A stretch of DNA of 64,000 bases, from positions 2,449 to 66,448 of the IMG/VR virus record IMGVR_UViG_3300021399_000161. One strand, 5' to 3'. Below the pieces are notes generated by a model that saw nothing but the letters and a program-made list of their open reading frames with translations, did not search any database and had not been told where the DNA came from. A program made the position numbers and the translations under genes. The stretch comes from a virus. The stretch's first letter is position 1, and each line of letters starts with the position of its first letter. Of this stretch, positions 48,017 through 57,321 are shown one piece after another.

Positions 48017-48553
48017 ATGAGGTACATCGACACGGATGGCCAACAACGCATAGGCTTCGATTTTTATTGTGACGTCGCGCAGAACATTGTCCGGGCAAGG
48101 AAGGACAAGGGATGGACAGCGGAACAGCTTGCAAAAGAAGCCGGTATCAAGCTGAGCCTGATGAAGCAGATTGAAGGCGTGAAGATCAGGATAGAACTTG
48201 AGATGCTTGAAAAACTGGCAAAGGCACTCAACGTAAGCATCGACTGGCTGATTGATGCAGAAATCCTTTACGGCGGTCAGGATTGCCTTTTCCTGTGTTG
48301 GTCGGAAGCATTTGAGCCTATGCGATTGTACCAGAGAGGGCCAAGTGTAAGAATGGCCTACCTGCTCTTTGTGGATAGGCTAAAGAAGGGGCACATCACA
48401 CCTTTCATGAACGCCCGAGACAGGATAATCGTGAAGCTGGTAGGCGTTCCTGTTTCCGATGCAGAACTTAGGAGAACATACAAGAACCGCACGGAAGAAC
48501 CGGAACCGCTTGACAGCGAAGATGACGAAGGGAGGCCGCCATGCCCAGAGTGA
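48017..48553 (+). CDS. XRE-family HTH protein
   Basis: WTAEQLAKEAGIKLSLMKQIE HTH; RBS GGGAGGGACAAG. Confidence 0.55.
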   Translation: MRYIDTDGQQRIGFDFYCDVAQNIVRARKDKGWTAEQLAKEAGIKLSLMKQIEGVKIRIELEMLEKLAKALNVSIDWLIDAEILYGGQDCLFLCWSEAFEPMRLYQRGPSVRMAYLLFVDRLKKGHITPFMNARDRIIVKLVGVPVSDAELRRTYKNRTEEPEPLDSEDDEGRPPCPE

Positions 48554-48792
48554 GACCGCTCACGCCAGTCAGCCGGTCGGATGTGGAGCAGGACGCACTG
48601 CTTACATGGTTGAGGGTGGGGCTGGCGAGAACAAACATGAGACGGGTTGACCTTTGTAAGTTGACGGGGATTACAGAGGGAACCATGAAAAACAGGTTCC
48701 GTAATCCGGGCAGTATGAAGCTGTCTGAGTTATGGAAGATAGAGGAAGTTCTTGGAGACTTCCGAAGAGGGGAGGGAGAAACAACAAAATGA
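48541..48792 (+). CDS. hypothetical small DNA-binding-like protein
   Basis: VDLCKLTGITEGTMKNRF is a possible HTH. Confidence 0.4.
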   Translation: MPRVRPLTPVSRSDVEQDALLTWLRVGLARTNMRRVDLCKLTGITEGTMKNRFRNPGSMKLSELWKIEEVLGDFRRGEGETTK

Positions 48793-49067
48793 ATAAGTTG
48801 GTAAAGAACGACGGCGGGTTCCGTCCCATGCATGCGGTACTGGAGCGGTACGGCATCGGGAGCACCGACAAGTATGGAAGGGGCATCTGGATATCGCATA
48901 CGGATCTTCCGGCCATTAAGGACGCCATGGATGCGGACCCCACAGCTGTCAGGGGCGAGTGGAAAGGGAAACCGTACCTGTTCGTTCAGGGGAGCAGCAA
49001 GCACAATCACGTGCAGTACGCTGACTTCTCGGGGCTGTTCGAAGGAGGTGTTCCTGATGGCAAATAA
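48789..49067 (+). CDS. hypothetical protein
   Basis: RBS GGGGAGGGAGAAACAAC before ATG. Confidence 0.4.
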   Translation: MNKLVKNDGGFRPMHAVLERYGIGSTDKYGRGIWISHTDLPAIKDAMDADPTAVRGEWKGKPYLFVQGSSKHNHVQYADFSGLFEGGVPDGK

Positions 49068-49362
49068 AATCGCCATGGCGGTGGCGGTTGCCGTGATCCT
49101 CTTCCTTCCGGAGACAAATCGGTTTGATCTGGCAACTGTGATGCTGTTGGGATACGCCTGTGCGTTTTATCTCGTAAGGCACATAGCCGGAGCGCACAGC
49201 CGGTTCCATGCTGAGAGGGAGAGGGTAAACCGGATCCGGTGGATCAGGAGAAACCCTCCGAAGACGCCGAGTCTGAAGGGGATTAGGGATGGCATGGTCT
49301 ACTACGCCCCCAACGGAACGGTCTGGTTTGACTGGATGCCCGCAAAAAAAGAAATGCCCTGA
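49057..49362 (+). CDS. small membrane protein
   Basis: RBS GAAGGAGGTG; IAMAVAVAVILFLP transmembrane segment. Confidence 0.45.
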   Translation: MANKIAMAVAVAVILFLPETNRFDLATVMLLGYACAFYLVRHIAGAHSRFHAERERVNRIRWIRRNPPKTPSLKGIRDGMVYYAPNGTVWFDWMPAKKEMP

Positions 49363-49450
49363 TGCTTGGCAGAGCAAACAGGGCAGGGAAAATACTGAAA
49401 CTGATTTTCCAGTGCTATTTTAGCACAAGAAGCACAAGAGGACAACCATA

Positions 49451-50266
49451 ATGCCATACATATATCGATACATAAATCCAGATGGCGAAACGAAATATAT
49501 TGGAATAATCAAACAAGATACAAATATGCCAGGGCGCTTTTATCAGCACAGAGGAGATGATTGGTACAACGATTGTAATTGGAAAATCCAATATGCGTAC
49601 TACGAGACGATCGCAGACGTGGAAGTGCTAGAAGGCCATCTGATCGCAGTAGAACTTGAACGTGACCACGAACTTTTCAACAAAGCGAAAACAAATTGGG
49701 GCGAATCATCATTTGTAGATGAGAAAACAATTAATTGGAAGGATTATGACGAGAGGGACTTCCCAACGAAAAGCAGGAGGTGTTGTTCTCTCCTTGACAA
49801 GCAGTACAGCACTCTTCAGGATGAAGTCTTTAGTGTTCGCAGACAAATAAAAAGCATAGAGGGACAACTGCGAGATATTAGAGATGACCTTGATAATAAT
49901 ATGAAGCACGATTTCATTGAATGGTTTTACGAAGATATAAAAGTGCTCTCCCGGTCTTCGATACAGAAGGCATACGAGAAAACCGGAATTAAGGCAAACA
50001 CTTCCATAAGCGCTTTGTATCATAGCTACATTATCTACATAAACGAACATGATTGCTACGGATATTACGATGAAGATGCCTTCGTCTATAGGATAGGGCA
50101 AAGAAACAGTGTTTTTAATAACAGTGGTATATATATCGGCGAGTTCAGTGGCAAGAAGTTTGTATTTGGATGTCTCCTTAAAAACGATCCGTTACTTGAA
50201 ACCGCCTTGGGAATATACGAAGAGGAAAAAAGAAGTGCGGTGCTTTCCATAGACATTGGGATATAG
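49451..50266 (+). CDS. GIY-YIG domain protein (homing-endonuclease-like)
   Basis: N-terminal YIYRYINPDGETKYIGI (GIY-YIG) plus conserved Arg/Glu downstream. Confidence 0.6.
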   Translation: MPYIYRYINPDGETKYIGIIKQDTNMPGRFYQHRGDDWYNDCNWKIQYAYYETIADVEVLEGHLIAVELERDHELFNKAKTNWGESSFVDEKTINWKDYDERDFPTKSRRCCSLLDKQYSTLQDEVFSVRRQIKSIEGQLRDIRDDLDNNMKHDFIEWFYEDIKVLSRSSIQKAYEKTGIKANTSISALYHSYIIYINEHDCYGYYDEDAFVYRIGQRNSVFNNSGIYIGEFSGKKFVFGCLLKNDPLLETALGIYEEEKRSAVLSIDIGI

Positions 50267-50286
50267 AATAGCGTATGAGGTGAATA

Positions 50287-51048
50287 ATGGCAAGCTATGT
50301 GTATAAATATGAGAGCAACGGGATCCCGGTATACATTGGAATAACTGACAACATGAAGCGCCGCGTCTCTCAGCATAAAAACGACAAACTGAAAGTGATA
50401 AATAATCCCAAAATACAATTCATAAAGGTTGAAAACAGAGCCGACGCAGAGGCGATGGAAACATACCTGATCAGCAAGTATGATACTGGCTCATACTTCA
50501 ATGTGTCAAAGACAAAGAAAGGGAAAGCAGCGTACTTTGACAGCATCTTTGATAACATTCCGTGGAGTGACTATAACGAGAATACGGACGAAGACATAGA
50601 TATATTTCGACTCGATCTTGCCCATACTGTCCAGACTGTGTATCGCGACCGTGTGATAGAGCGCCAAAAAGGTTTTTCTTTTGACAAGCAACAACAGGAG
50701 AAACACGAGTGCATTGAATATCTAGAGGAAGAAGCAAGGGAGGAACGCAAAATAATACCCATGCTTGAAGACCTTCTTCTAAACCCGCCATCGAACAAGG
50801 TGGTATGCCCAGGTCACCTGTTGGAAAAAGGTATATGTCTTCACAAAAAAAGGCTAAATGCCTTAGAAAGGGCAATATATGTTGTAAGAAAATCGCTCAG
50901 GCCATATAGAGGTTCTGAATTAAAGGAAATGCAAAGAGAATTGGCTACCCTGCCTTTTGTGCTTGAAGACATTATAGATGCTATCAATGAACATGAAGCA
51001 CATGTCAGGCTAATCATGGCGGAAAAGAGGGAGCAAAACAACAAATGA
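50287..51048 (+). CDS. GIY-YIG domain protein (second, tandem)
   Basis: N-terminal YVYKYESNGIPVYIGITDNMKRRVSQH. Confidence 0.6.
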   Translation: MASYVYKYESNGIPVYIGITDNMKRRVSQHKNDKLKVINNPKIQFIKVENRADAEAMETYLISKYDTGSYFNVSKTKKGKAAYFDSIFDNIPWSDYNENTDEDIDIFRLDLAHTVQTVYRDRVIERQKGFSFDKQQQEKHECIEYLEEEAREERKIIPMLEDLLLNPPSNKVVCPGHLLEKGICLHKKRLNALERAIYVVRKSLRPYRGSELKEMQRELATLPFVLEDIIDAINEHEAHVRLIMAEKREQNNK

Positions 51049-51236
51049 TCACATACCGATGCCCCAACAGGGCATGCCCAATCAAGAAACGCTGCTTCAT
51101 CTGCAAGACCGCATCTCCGGTTCCGGAGGATACCACATTCATGGTCAAGTGCCCGGCCTATAAAAAGGACATCATGGTGAATGCGGGGACAGCAAGGGAA
51201 GCAGGGATATTGGATAGACCGCAGTACAATAACTGA
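51045..51236 (+). CDS. small zinc-ribbon protein
   Basis: CPNRACPIKKRCFIC...VKCPAY. Confidence 0.35.
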   Translation: MITYRCPNRACPIKKRCFICKTASPVPEDTTFMVKCPAYKKDIMVNAGTAREAGILDRPQYNN

Positions 51237-51366
51237 AAAACCAAATACAGAACACACATGTGAGAGATCCGCTTTGACGTGATGAGTCACTGGTTTATAG
51301 GGCAAACCATAAATCAGGCTCGTCTTGTCAGGCGGTTTTTTATTGAGTGAAAAGGAGGTAAGGGAG

Positions 51367-53337
51367 TTGGAACATATCAAACTGAAGAGTCTCCATCTGA
51401 AGAACTTCAAAGGCATCACGGAATTCGGTCTGAAATTCGGACCGAAAGTGACCACGGTCTCCGGGAGAAACGCTTCCGGCAAGACCACGCTGATAGACGG
51501 GTTCAGCTGGCTGCTGTTCGGGAAGGACAGTCAGGGAAGGGCAGACTTCCAGATCCGTCCGGTCGATGCAGACGGGAATTTGATCGACAACATCGACATC
51601 GAAGTCGAGGCGGTGCTGATTGTCTGGGACGATGCCGACATGAGACCGAGAACAGTGGAGCTGAAAAAGATCCAGAAACAGAACTGGGTGAAAAAGAGAG
51701 GTTCTGAAGCACCCACATTCCAGGGCAACACGAACACCTATGAGGTGAACGGATACCCGGCCAACCAGAAGGAATTCGAAGGGAAAATCGCATCCCTGAT
51801 TGACGAACAGCTTTTCCGTCTGCTGACCAATCCGAGGACGTTCGCTGCTATGAAGTGGCAGGAACAGAGGCAGACGCTCCTGAAGTTCGTCAGCGAAATC
51901 ACAGATGCTGATGTGCTGGCAACGGATATGGAGACCTTCGCGCCAATTGCAAACGAGGTTGAGGAAGCCGGTGCGGAAAAGGCAAAAGAAAAAGCCGTAG
52001 CTACACTGCGGAAGCTGAAGGAAGAACAGAAGACATACCCTGTCAGGGTGGATGAGGCAAGTAATTCCCTGATAGAAGAGACAGAGGATCCTGATAGCCT
52101 TGGTCAGCGGAAAGCCGAGTGTGAGGCGAAGCTGAAGGCCGTCCAGAACGAGCGTGACAGCCTCTCCGAGAGCCTTAAATCCGTAGGGGATATACAGGCG
52201 CAGATTATGTCTCTGAAGCTGGGAATGGGCGATGTAGAGAGCGATGTAGCTGCCGAGAACGCAAGACGTAAACGGTCATGGGAAAAGGCCGTGGAAGATG
52301 CCGAAGCAGAGCTGAAGAAGCTGGAGTCTGAACGCGAACGCATCCTCTCCGACATCAAGTACAAAGAAGCCGACCTGTCTGCAAAAGACGAGGAATTCTC
52401 GGCACTTGGAGAGGAATTCAAAACGATCAGTGCAAGGGTTCTTCCCGGGGACAAGACGGTCTGCCCCACATGCGGCAGGTCATTTGACCCGGAGAAGATT
52501 GCTGAGATCCAGAAGGAATTCGATGACAGGAAGGCCAGGGACATAGGCCGCGTCAAGACCAGAGGGAAGCAGCTTCACACTGCATCCGACAATATCCGGT
52601 CCGAAATCGAGAGCCTGAAGCAGTCACTGGCGGCAATCACAGAAAAGGTTCCTGAAGCATCTGAAAAGCGCGACAAGACCGTTGAGGCCTTCCGCAAAGG
52701 CGTTCCGGTCACAAACTTCCGTGATACGGACGAGTATAAGGCTCTTGCATCAAAGATGTCCGAACTGGAGAAACAGCTTGCATCCATGGACAACGGGAAT
52801 GCCCGTAAGGCAGCCCTGCATGAGCGCGAACAGGCCATCAGGGACGAACTGTCGGGGATTGATAGGGCTGTCGCAGTGATTGCCTCAAACGAGCGTATAA
52901 AGGCCCGTATCGAGCAGTTACAGGCCGCGCAGATGGAATGTGCACAGAAGGTGGCTGACCAGGAGCGGAACCTGTACCTGTTGGAGGAATTCATCAAGGC
53001 CAAGATGGACATGCTTTCTGACAAGATAAACGGCCATTTCAAATCGGTTCGGTTCAAGCTGTTCCAGACGCAGATAAATGGGGCAGTGAAGGAAACCTGC
53101 GTGATGCAGATCGCATCCAACGGTTCCTATGTGGATTACCTGAACGCCAACAATGCAGCACAGATCCAGGGCGGTCTGGATGTCATCAATGCGCTGTCAG
53201 AGTTATACGGCATCACAGCTCCTGTCTGGTTGGACAATGCCGAAGCCATCAGCACCGGCGGCATCCCGGAGATGGAAGCGCAGATGGTGCTCCTGACGGT
53301 TTCTGACGAGCCGGAACTGGTGGTAACCGCAGAATAA
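51367..53337 (+). CDS. SMC/RecN/SbcC-like coiled-coil ATPase (alternative TTG start at 51325)
   Basis: N-terminal LHLKNFKGI...VSGRNASGKTTLIDGFSWLLFG (Walker A); long coiled-coil; C-terminal VWLDNAEAIS (Walker B / D-loop); RBS AAAGGAGG. Confidence 0.65.
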   Translation: MEHIKLKSLHLKNFKGITEFGLKFGPKVTTVSGRNASGKTTLIDGFSWLLFGKDSQGRADFQIRPVDADGNLIDNIDIEVEAVLIVWDDADMRPRTVELKKIQKQNWVKKRGSEAPTFQGNTNTYEVNGYPANQKEFEGKIASLIDEQLFRLLTNPRTFAAMKWQEQRQTLLKFVSEITDADVLATDMETFAPIANEVEEAGAEKAKEKAVATLRKLKEEQKTYPVRVDEASNSLIEETEDPDSLGQRKAECEAKLKAVQNERDSLSESLKSVGDIQAQIMSLKLGMGDVESDVAAENARRKRSWEKAVEDAEAELKKLESERERILSDIKYKEADLSAKDEEFSALGEEFKTISARVLPGDKTVCPTCGRSFDPEKIAEIQKEFDDRKARDIGRVKTRGKQLHTASDNIRSEIESLKQSLAAITEKVPEASEKRDKTVEAFRKGVPVTNFRDTDEYKALASKMSELEKQLASMDNGNARKAALHEREQAIRDELSGIDRAVAVIASNERIKARIEQLQAAQMECAQKVADQERNLYLLEEFIKAKMDMLSDKINGHFKSVRFKLFQTQINGAVKETCVMQIASNGSYVDYLNANNAAQIQGGLDVINALSELYGITAPVWLDNAEAISTGGIPEMEAQMVLLTVSDEPELVVTAE

Positions 53338-53375
53338 CTGAACAACAAAGCATCCATGGAAGGGAGGGAAAACAA

Positions 53376-53621
53376 ATGAACCTCATCAAAGTGAAGTTTC
53401 TCAGGAACGGCAAACCTTCGGGCAGAGCCTACGCCTACGAGTCTCCGGTACAGGTCGCTGTTGGGGATCTGGTAGATATCAGTCTTGGTTCTCAGGGACT
53501 CGTAACCGAGATTGATGTGCCGGACGAAGAGATAGCGCCGTTTCGGGACAAGCTGAAAAAGATTATCGGATTGGCAGAACCGTCCGAGGAGGATCCCGGC
53601 GATGGCAGTGATATCCCATGA
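53376..53621 (+). CDS. hypothetical small protein
   Basis: 81-aa ORF directly after the ATPase gene. Confidence 0.4.
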   Translation: MNLIKVKFLRNGKPSGRAYAYESPVQVAVGDLVDISLGSQGLVTEIDVPDEEIAPFRDKLKKIIGLAEPSEEDPGDGSDIP

Positions 53622-53949
53622 CGAATGTTGTGGAAATTGCGAACACCACGAGTCCCAAGGTTATGGACTGTATCTCTGCTCCAATCTGAGAAGTCCCGAG
53701 TACGCCAGAGAGACACTGTTCACAGATTACTGTGACCAATACAAGAGCCTGTATGACGCCAGTTTCTTCACTGGCGGCAAGGGCATAAGCAATGAAAAAG
53801 GAGGGAATAAAACATATGGCTTCAACAGCAATTGCAACCAGAAACGAGAATACAAGCGTGTTCTCAAGTTCCGAGGCATGGGGTCTGGCCACGAAGATGG
53901 CCTCCAGTCTGGCACAGTCAACCATCGTGCCGAAGGAATTCCAGGGTAA
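53602..53949 (+). CDS. Cys-rich hypothetical protein (3' end overlaps recT; extent uncertain)
   Basis: CCGNCEHHE...LYLCSNL...DYCDQYK. Confidence 0.25.
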   Translation: MAVISHDECCGNCEHHESQGYGLYLCSNLRSPEYARETLFTDYCDQYKSLYDASFFTGGKGISNEKGGNKTYGFNSNCNQKREYKRVLKFRGMGSGHEDGLQSGTVNHRAEGIPG

Positions 53950-54709
53950 CGCAAACAATGCCCTGATTGCACTGGAACTGGCAAACAGGCTTCAGGTAAG
54001 CCCCCTGATGGTAATGCAGAACCTGTACGTGGTATATGGCCGTCCGGCATGGTCAGCTCAGTACATGATCGCCATGATCAACGGCTCCGGGAAATATGAC
54101 TTCGAACTTCAGTATGACGAAAAGACCGACAAGAACGGAAAGCCTTTCTCCTGTCAGTGCTGGACAGAAAAGAACGGCAGGAAAGTGTCCGGGCCGGTTA
54201 TCGACATGGATATGGCAAAGGCCGAAGGGTGGCTCGATAAGACCGGGAGCAAATGGAAAACCATGCCGCAGATGATGCTGAGATACAGAGCGGCTTCCTT
54301 CTTTGGACGTATGAATTGTCCCGAACTGACAATGGGCATCTACACACAGGAAGAGGTGGTAGAGATCGGCCCGGAAGACTACAGAGAGGTTGAGTCAGCA
54401 CCGCCGGTGGCGGAGGTCGAGAGAACCGTCAAGGAGGATATCTCAGCGAATGCCAACTCCGTCAGTTTCGAAGAGGCGGAAGTAGTTGTCGAACCGGCAC
54501 CTGCCCAGAAGCCGTCCCCGATGCCCGAACCAACGCCTGAAGCCGTGAAGGCCGCAGAGGCCATGCCTGAGACCCCGAAGAAGGGCAGGAAGAAAGCCGA
54601 ACCGAAGCAGGAACCGGCTCCCGCTCCCAAACAGGAAGCCCACAAACAGCCCGAACAGTCAGCAATCGACATTCCTGATGGCGCTTCAGATCCGGGGTGG
54701 TGGGAGTAA
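53816..54709 (+). CDS. recT: RecT-family single-strand annealing protein
   Basis: ALIALELANRLQVSPLMVMQNLYVVYGRPAWSAQYMIAMINGSGKY resembles RecT family; RBS AAAAGGAGGG; Pro/Glu-rich tail. Confidence 0.75.
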   Translation: MASTAIATRNENTSVFSSSEAWGLATKMASSLAQSTIVPKEFQGNANNALIALELANRLQVSPLMVMQNLYVVYGRPAWSAQYMIAMINGSGKYDFELQYDEKTDKNGKPFSCQCWTEKNGRKVSGPVIDMDMAKAEGWLDKTGSKWKTMPQMMLRYRAASFFGRMNCPELTMGIYTQEEVVEIGPEDYREVESAPPVAEVERTVKEDISANANSVSFEEAEVVVEPAPAQKPSPMPEPTPEAVKAAEAMPETPKKGRKKAEPKQEPAPAPKQEAHKQPEQSAIDIPDGASDPGWWE

Positions 54710-55176
54710 TGATCAGCACTGGCACACTGGGTCAGGCCATCCGAGAGATGAATGACGGCCCCCATGACTACACGAAGGACGGCAAGTGTTCGGGGTGTGG
54801 GAATTGTTGCAGTAACCTGCTCCCAATGAGTGCAGGCGAGATAGCAGACATCCGCAGATACATTTCAAAGAACAACATCCGGCCACACAGCAACATCGGC
54901 AGCCCGTTGGCGAAGCCAATCATAGACCTTACCTGTCCGTTTCTGGACACTACAAGGCCGAAGGACAAATGCATGATCTACAGCCATAGGCCATTCATCT
55001 GCCGGGTGTTCATGTGTAACAAGAAGCCGTGGGAGTCAGACATGACCCGGAAAGAATACATGAGGAAACGGTTTGCTGTCGATGTTCGAAAAACATTCTT
55101 CGGAGACCGGCAGACAAAGGAGGATCGCCGCAATGAGAATCATCAGCCAAGACGGGTTAGTGGACTGCCTGTATGA
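54709..55176 (+). CDS. YkgJ-family (UPF0153) Zn/Fe-S cluster protein
   Basis: CSGCGNCC...LTCPFL...C...C cysteine pattern. Confidence 0.55.
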   Translation: MISTGTLGQAIREMNDGPHDYTKDGKCSGCGNCCSNLLPMSAGEIADIRRYISKNNIRPHSNIGSPLAKPIIDLTCPFLDTTRPKDKCMIYSHRPFICRVFMCNKKPWESDMTRKEYMRKRFAVDVRKTFFGDRQTKEDRRNENHQPRRVSGLPV

Positions 55177-55357
55177 CAGCCTGATCCTGAGAATTGAGGA
55201 CACTGCGATAGTCACAAACGCCGGTGGTCAGTACATGGTCTATATGGCGCTCTATTCAACGCCGGTCAAGGCCAGGGCAGCCATGAAGCGTCTGCATGAC
55301 AGCTATCAGCGCATGGACGTGTCGGTGTTCCAGTTCCCGCAGGATGACGAGATCTGA
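55133..55357 (+). CDS. hypothetical small protein
   Basis: RBS CAAAGGAGGATCGCC before ATG; other frame overlaps the upstream gene. Confidence 0.35.
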   Translation: MRIISQDGLVDCLYDSLILRIEDTAIVTNAGGQYMVYMALYSTPVKARAAMKRLHDSYQRMDVSVFQFPQDDEI

Positions 55358-55374
55358 GGCAACCCGGATGACCA

Positions 55375-56079
55375 ATGATTGAGAAGTGTACAGGGGACGG
55401 GAGACTATCCGAAATGAAACTGATGTGTGTGGGGACAGGATCCAAGGGAAATTCATATGTGCTGACCAATGGGCAGGAGTCTCTGATCCTTGATTGCGGT
55501 ATCCGGTTCTGGGACGTGAAGAAGGCCATGAACTTCAATATCCGTGGGATACGTGGAGCCTTGGTGAGCCACACCCACGGAGACCATGCGGCATACATAC
55601 ATGATTACCAGATGTCCGGTATCCCCGTCTTCCAGCCGTACACGATGGAAAGTCTGCGGCAGGATGCACAGTTCGGAGGTTTCAGGGTTCAATCCTTCGG
55701 CGTGATACATGACGTGCCATGCTGCGGGTTCCTGATCCATCACAAAGACTTCGGAAAGATGCTCTACGCCACTGATACGGCCTACATCAAGTATGTGTTC
55801 AAGGGGCTGTCAACCATGCTGATCGAAGCCAATTATGACGAGCGGTACGTGGATAATACACAGGCTAAGTACAGGCACGTACTGACTGGTCATATGAGCC
55901 TTCAGACCACCATGGAATGCATCAGGGCGAACAGCAGTCAGGAGCTGAGACACGTCATCCTCTGTCATCTTAGCGAGAGCAACGGCAATCCGGTTGAATT
56001 CCGGGAGGAGGTCAGCAAGATCGTCCCTCCCGGATGCACCGTAGACATAGCAGAACAGGGCAGGTCAGTGGAACTATGA
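55375..56079 (+). CDS. metallo-beta-lactamase-fold protein (putative recombination-associated nuclease)
   Basis: HTHGDHA motif; linked to recT/ssb as in many Firmicutes phages. Confidence 0.65.
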   Translation: MIEKCTGDGRLSEMKLMCVGTGSKGNSYVLTNGQESLILDCGIRFWDVKKAMNFNIRGIRGALVSHTHGDHAAYIHDYQMSGIPVFQPYTMESLRQDAQFGGFRVQSFGVIHDVPCCGFLIHHKDFGKMLYATDTAYIKYVFKGLSTMLIEANYDERYVDNTQAKYRHVLTGHMSLQTTMECIRANSSQELRHVILCHLSESNGNPVEFREEVSKIVPPGCTVDIAEQGRSVEL

Positions 56080-56118
56080 CACACTGACAACTGCTCACCA
56101 GAAAGGAATTTATCACAC

Positions 56119-56574
56119 ATGGATATTTGTATTTTCGTGGGAAGAGCCACAAAGGATCCTGTCATACGCCAGACAGCAAGCGGAACAACAACGGCATCGT
56201 TCGCACTGGCGGTCGATACAGGGTACGGGGACAACAAGAAGGCAAACTTCTTCAACCTAGTGGCGTTTGGCAAGACAGCTGAGTCCATCGACAGGTTTGT
56301 CCGCCAAGGGACACGGATCATCGTCCAGTCCGAGGCACAGCAGAATGTCTGGGATGATAAGGAAGGAAAGAAGCACTACGATGTCAACTTCCTGATCCGG
56401 TCTTGGGAATTCGCCGAGAGCAAGAAGGACGGAGTCTCTGATGGTGGTTCGTACTCGTCTCAGGGTGCTTCACAGGCTTCCGGGACTGCTTCACAGCCTG
56501 CGGTATCGGCAGTAAGCGCCGGATTCGTGAATATTCCCGACGGGATAGACGATGGAGAACTGCCGTTTGCGTAA
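56119..56574 (+). CDS. ssb: single-stranded DNA-binding protein
   Basis: OB-fold N-terminus; Gly/Ser/Gln-rich linker; C-terminal acidic DDGELPFA tip. Confidence 0.8.
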   Translation: MDICIFVGRATKDPVIRQTASGTTTASFALAVDTGYGDNKKANFFNLVAFGKTAESIDRFVRQGTRIIVQSEAQQNVWDDKEGKKHYDVNFLIRSWEFAESKKDGVSDGGSYSSQGASQASGTASQPAVSAVSAGFVNIPDGIDDGELPFA

Positions 56575-56683
56575 GCGGAATGCGAAGCGCCGTCTTCGGA
56601 GAATGTGGGGGAAGAGAAGATGTCACCACACCCGGCGAGGCTGGGGAAGACGGGGCAGAAAGCAACTATGGGGAGGTGATTGT

Positions 56684-57085
56684 GTGAGCGCAGAAGCATC
56701 CAGACCATCCGAGATCGTCCAGACCTTCATTGACTGGCTTTCCCGGATGCAAGAGGAGCAGGAAGAGGCATGGCAGATTGTCCTTCGTGAGGACAGCAAA
56801 GTTCAGGACTTTCTACATAAGATTGAATTCGAGAGCAACAGCAAGAAACGCGCCCTGATTGACACAAGACTTCATAACTCACGTGTGGAGCGTAGGCAGG
56901 CGAAGGACAAGGCCAAGGCGCTGAAACCCATAAAGGACTTCATCGGGGACGCTTCAAACAGGGGGTTCATAAAACGCCTGAAACGTTTGCAGTCTGACCT
57001 TCAGGCCGAAGAGGATTTTCTGTCGAGCGAGAGGGTGTATAAGCCGAGGGCGAGAGAGGAAGAGACCGATGGGAATAATAATTGA
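56684..57085 (+). CDS. hypothetical protein
   Basis: GTG start 6 nt after GGGGAGGTG; helical K/E-rich. Confidence 0.4.
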   Translation: MSAEASRPSEIVQTFIDWLSRMQEEQEEAWQIVLREDSKVQDFLHKIEFESNSKKRALIDTRLHNSRVERRQAKDKAKALKPIKDFIGDASNRGFIKRLKRLQSDLQAEEDFLSSERVYKPRAREEETDGNNN

Positions 57086-57111
57086 TGCTTTCGCCGGTGG
57101 AGGAAGAAGAA

Positions 57112-57321
57112 ATGAATCCAGTATTTGTATTTTTAGTGATACTTGGTGCAGCACTATTATGGCTGTTATGCTCGTTTGCCTTCAGGTTGATCGGTGGAAT
57201 TGCTACGCATTTCGTGAAGAAGGCTGAAAAGGCCATGAGTGATGAGCCGTCAAAAAAAGATATGTTCGTTGCAGGATTCAAGAGTTCATTGAAAGAAAGG
57301 AGAAAGACGAAGAATGAATAA
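57112..57321 (+). CDS. small single-pass membrane protein (possible SPFH partner)
   Basis: VFVFLVILGAALLWLLCSFAF transmembrane segment; sits just before the SPFH gene. Confidence 0.45.
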   Translation: MNPVFVFLVILGAALLWLLCSFAFRLIGGIATHFVKKAEKAMSDEPSKKDMFVAGFKSSLKERRKTKNE

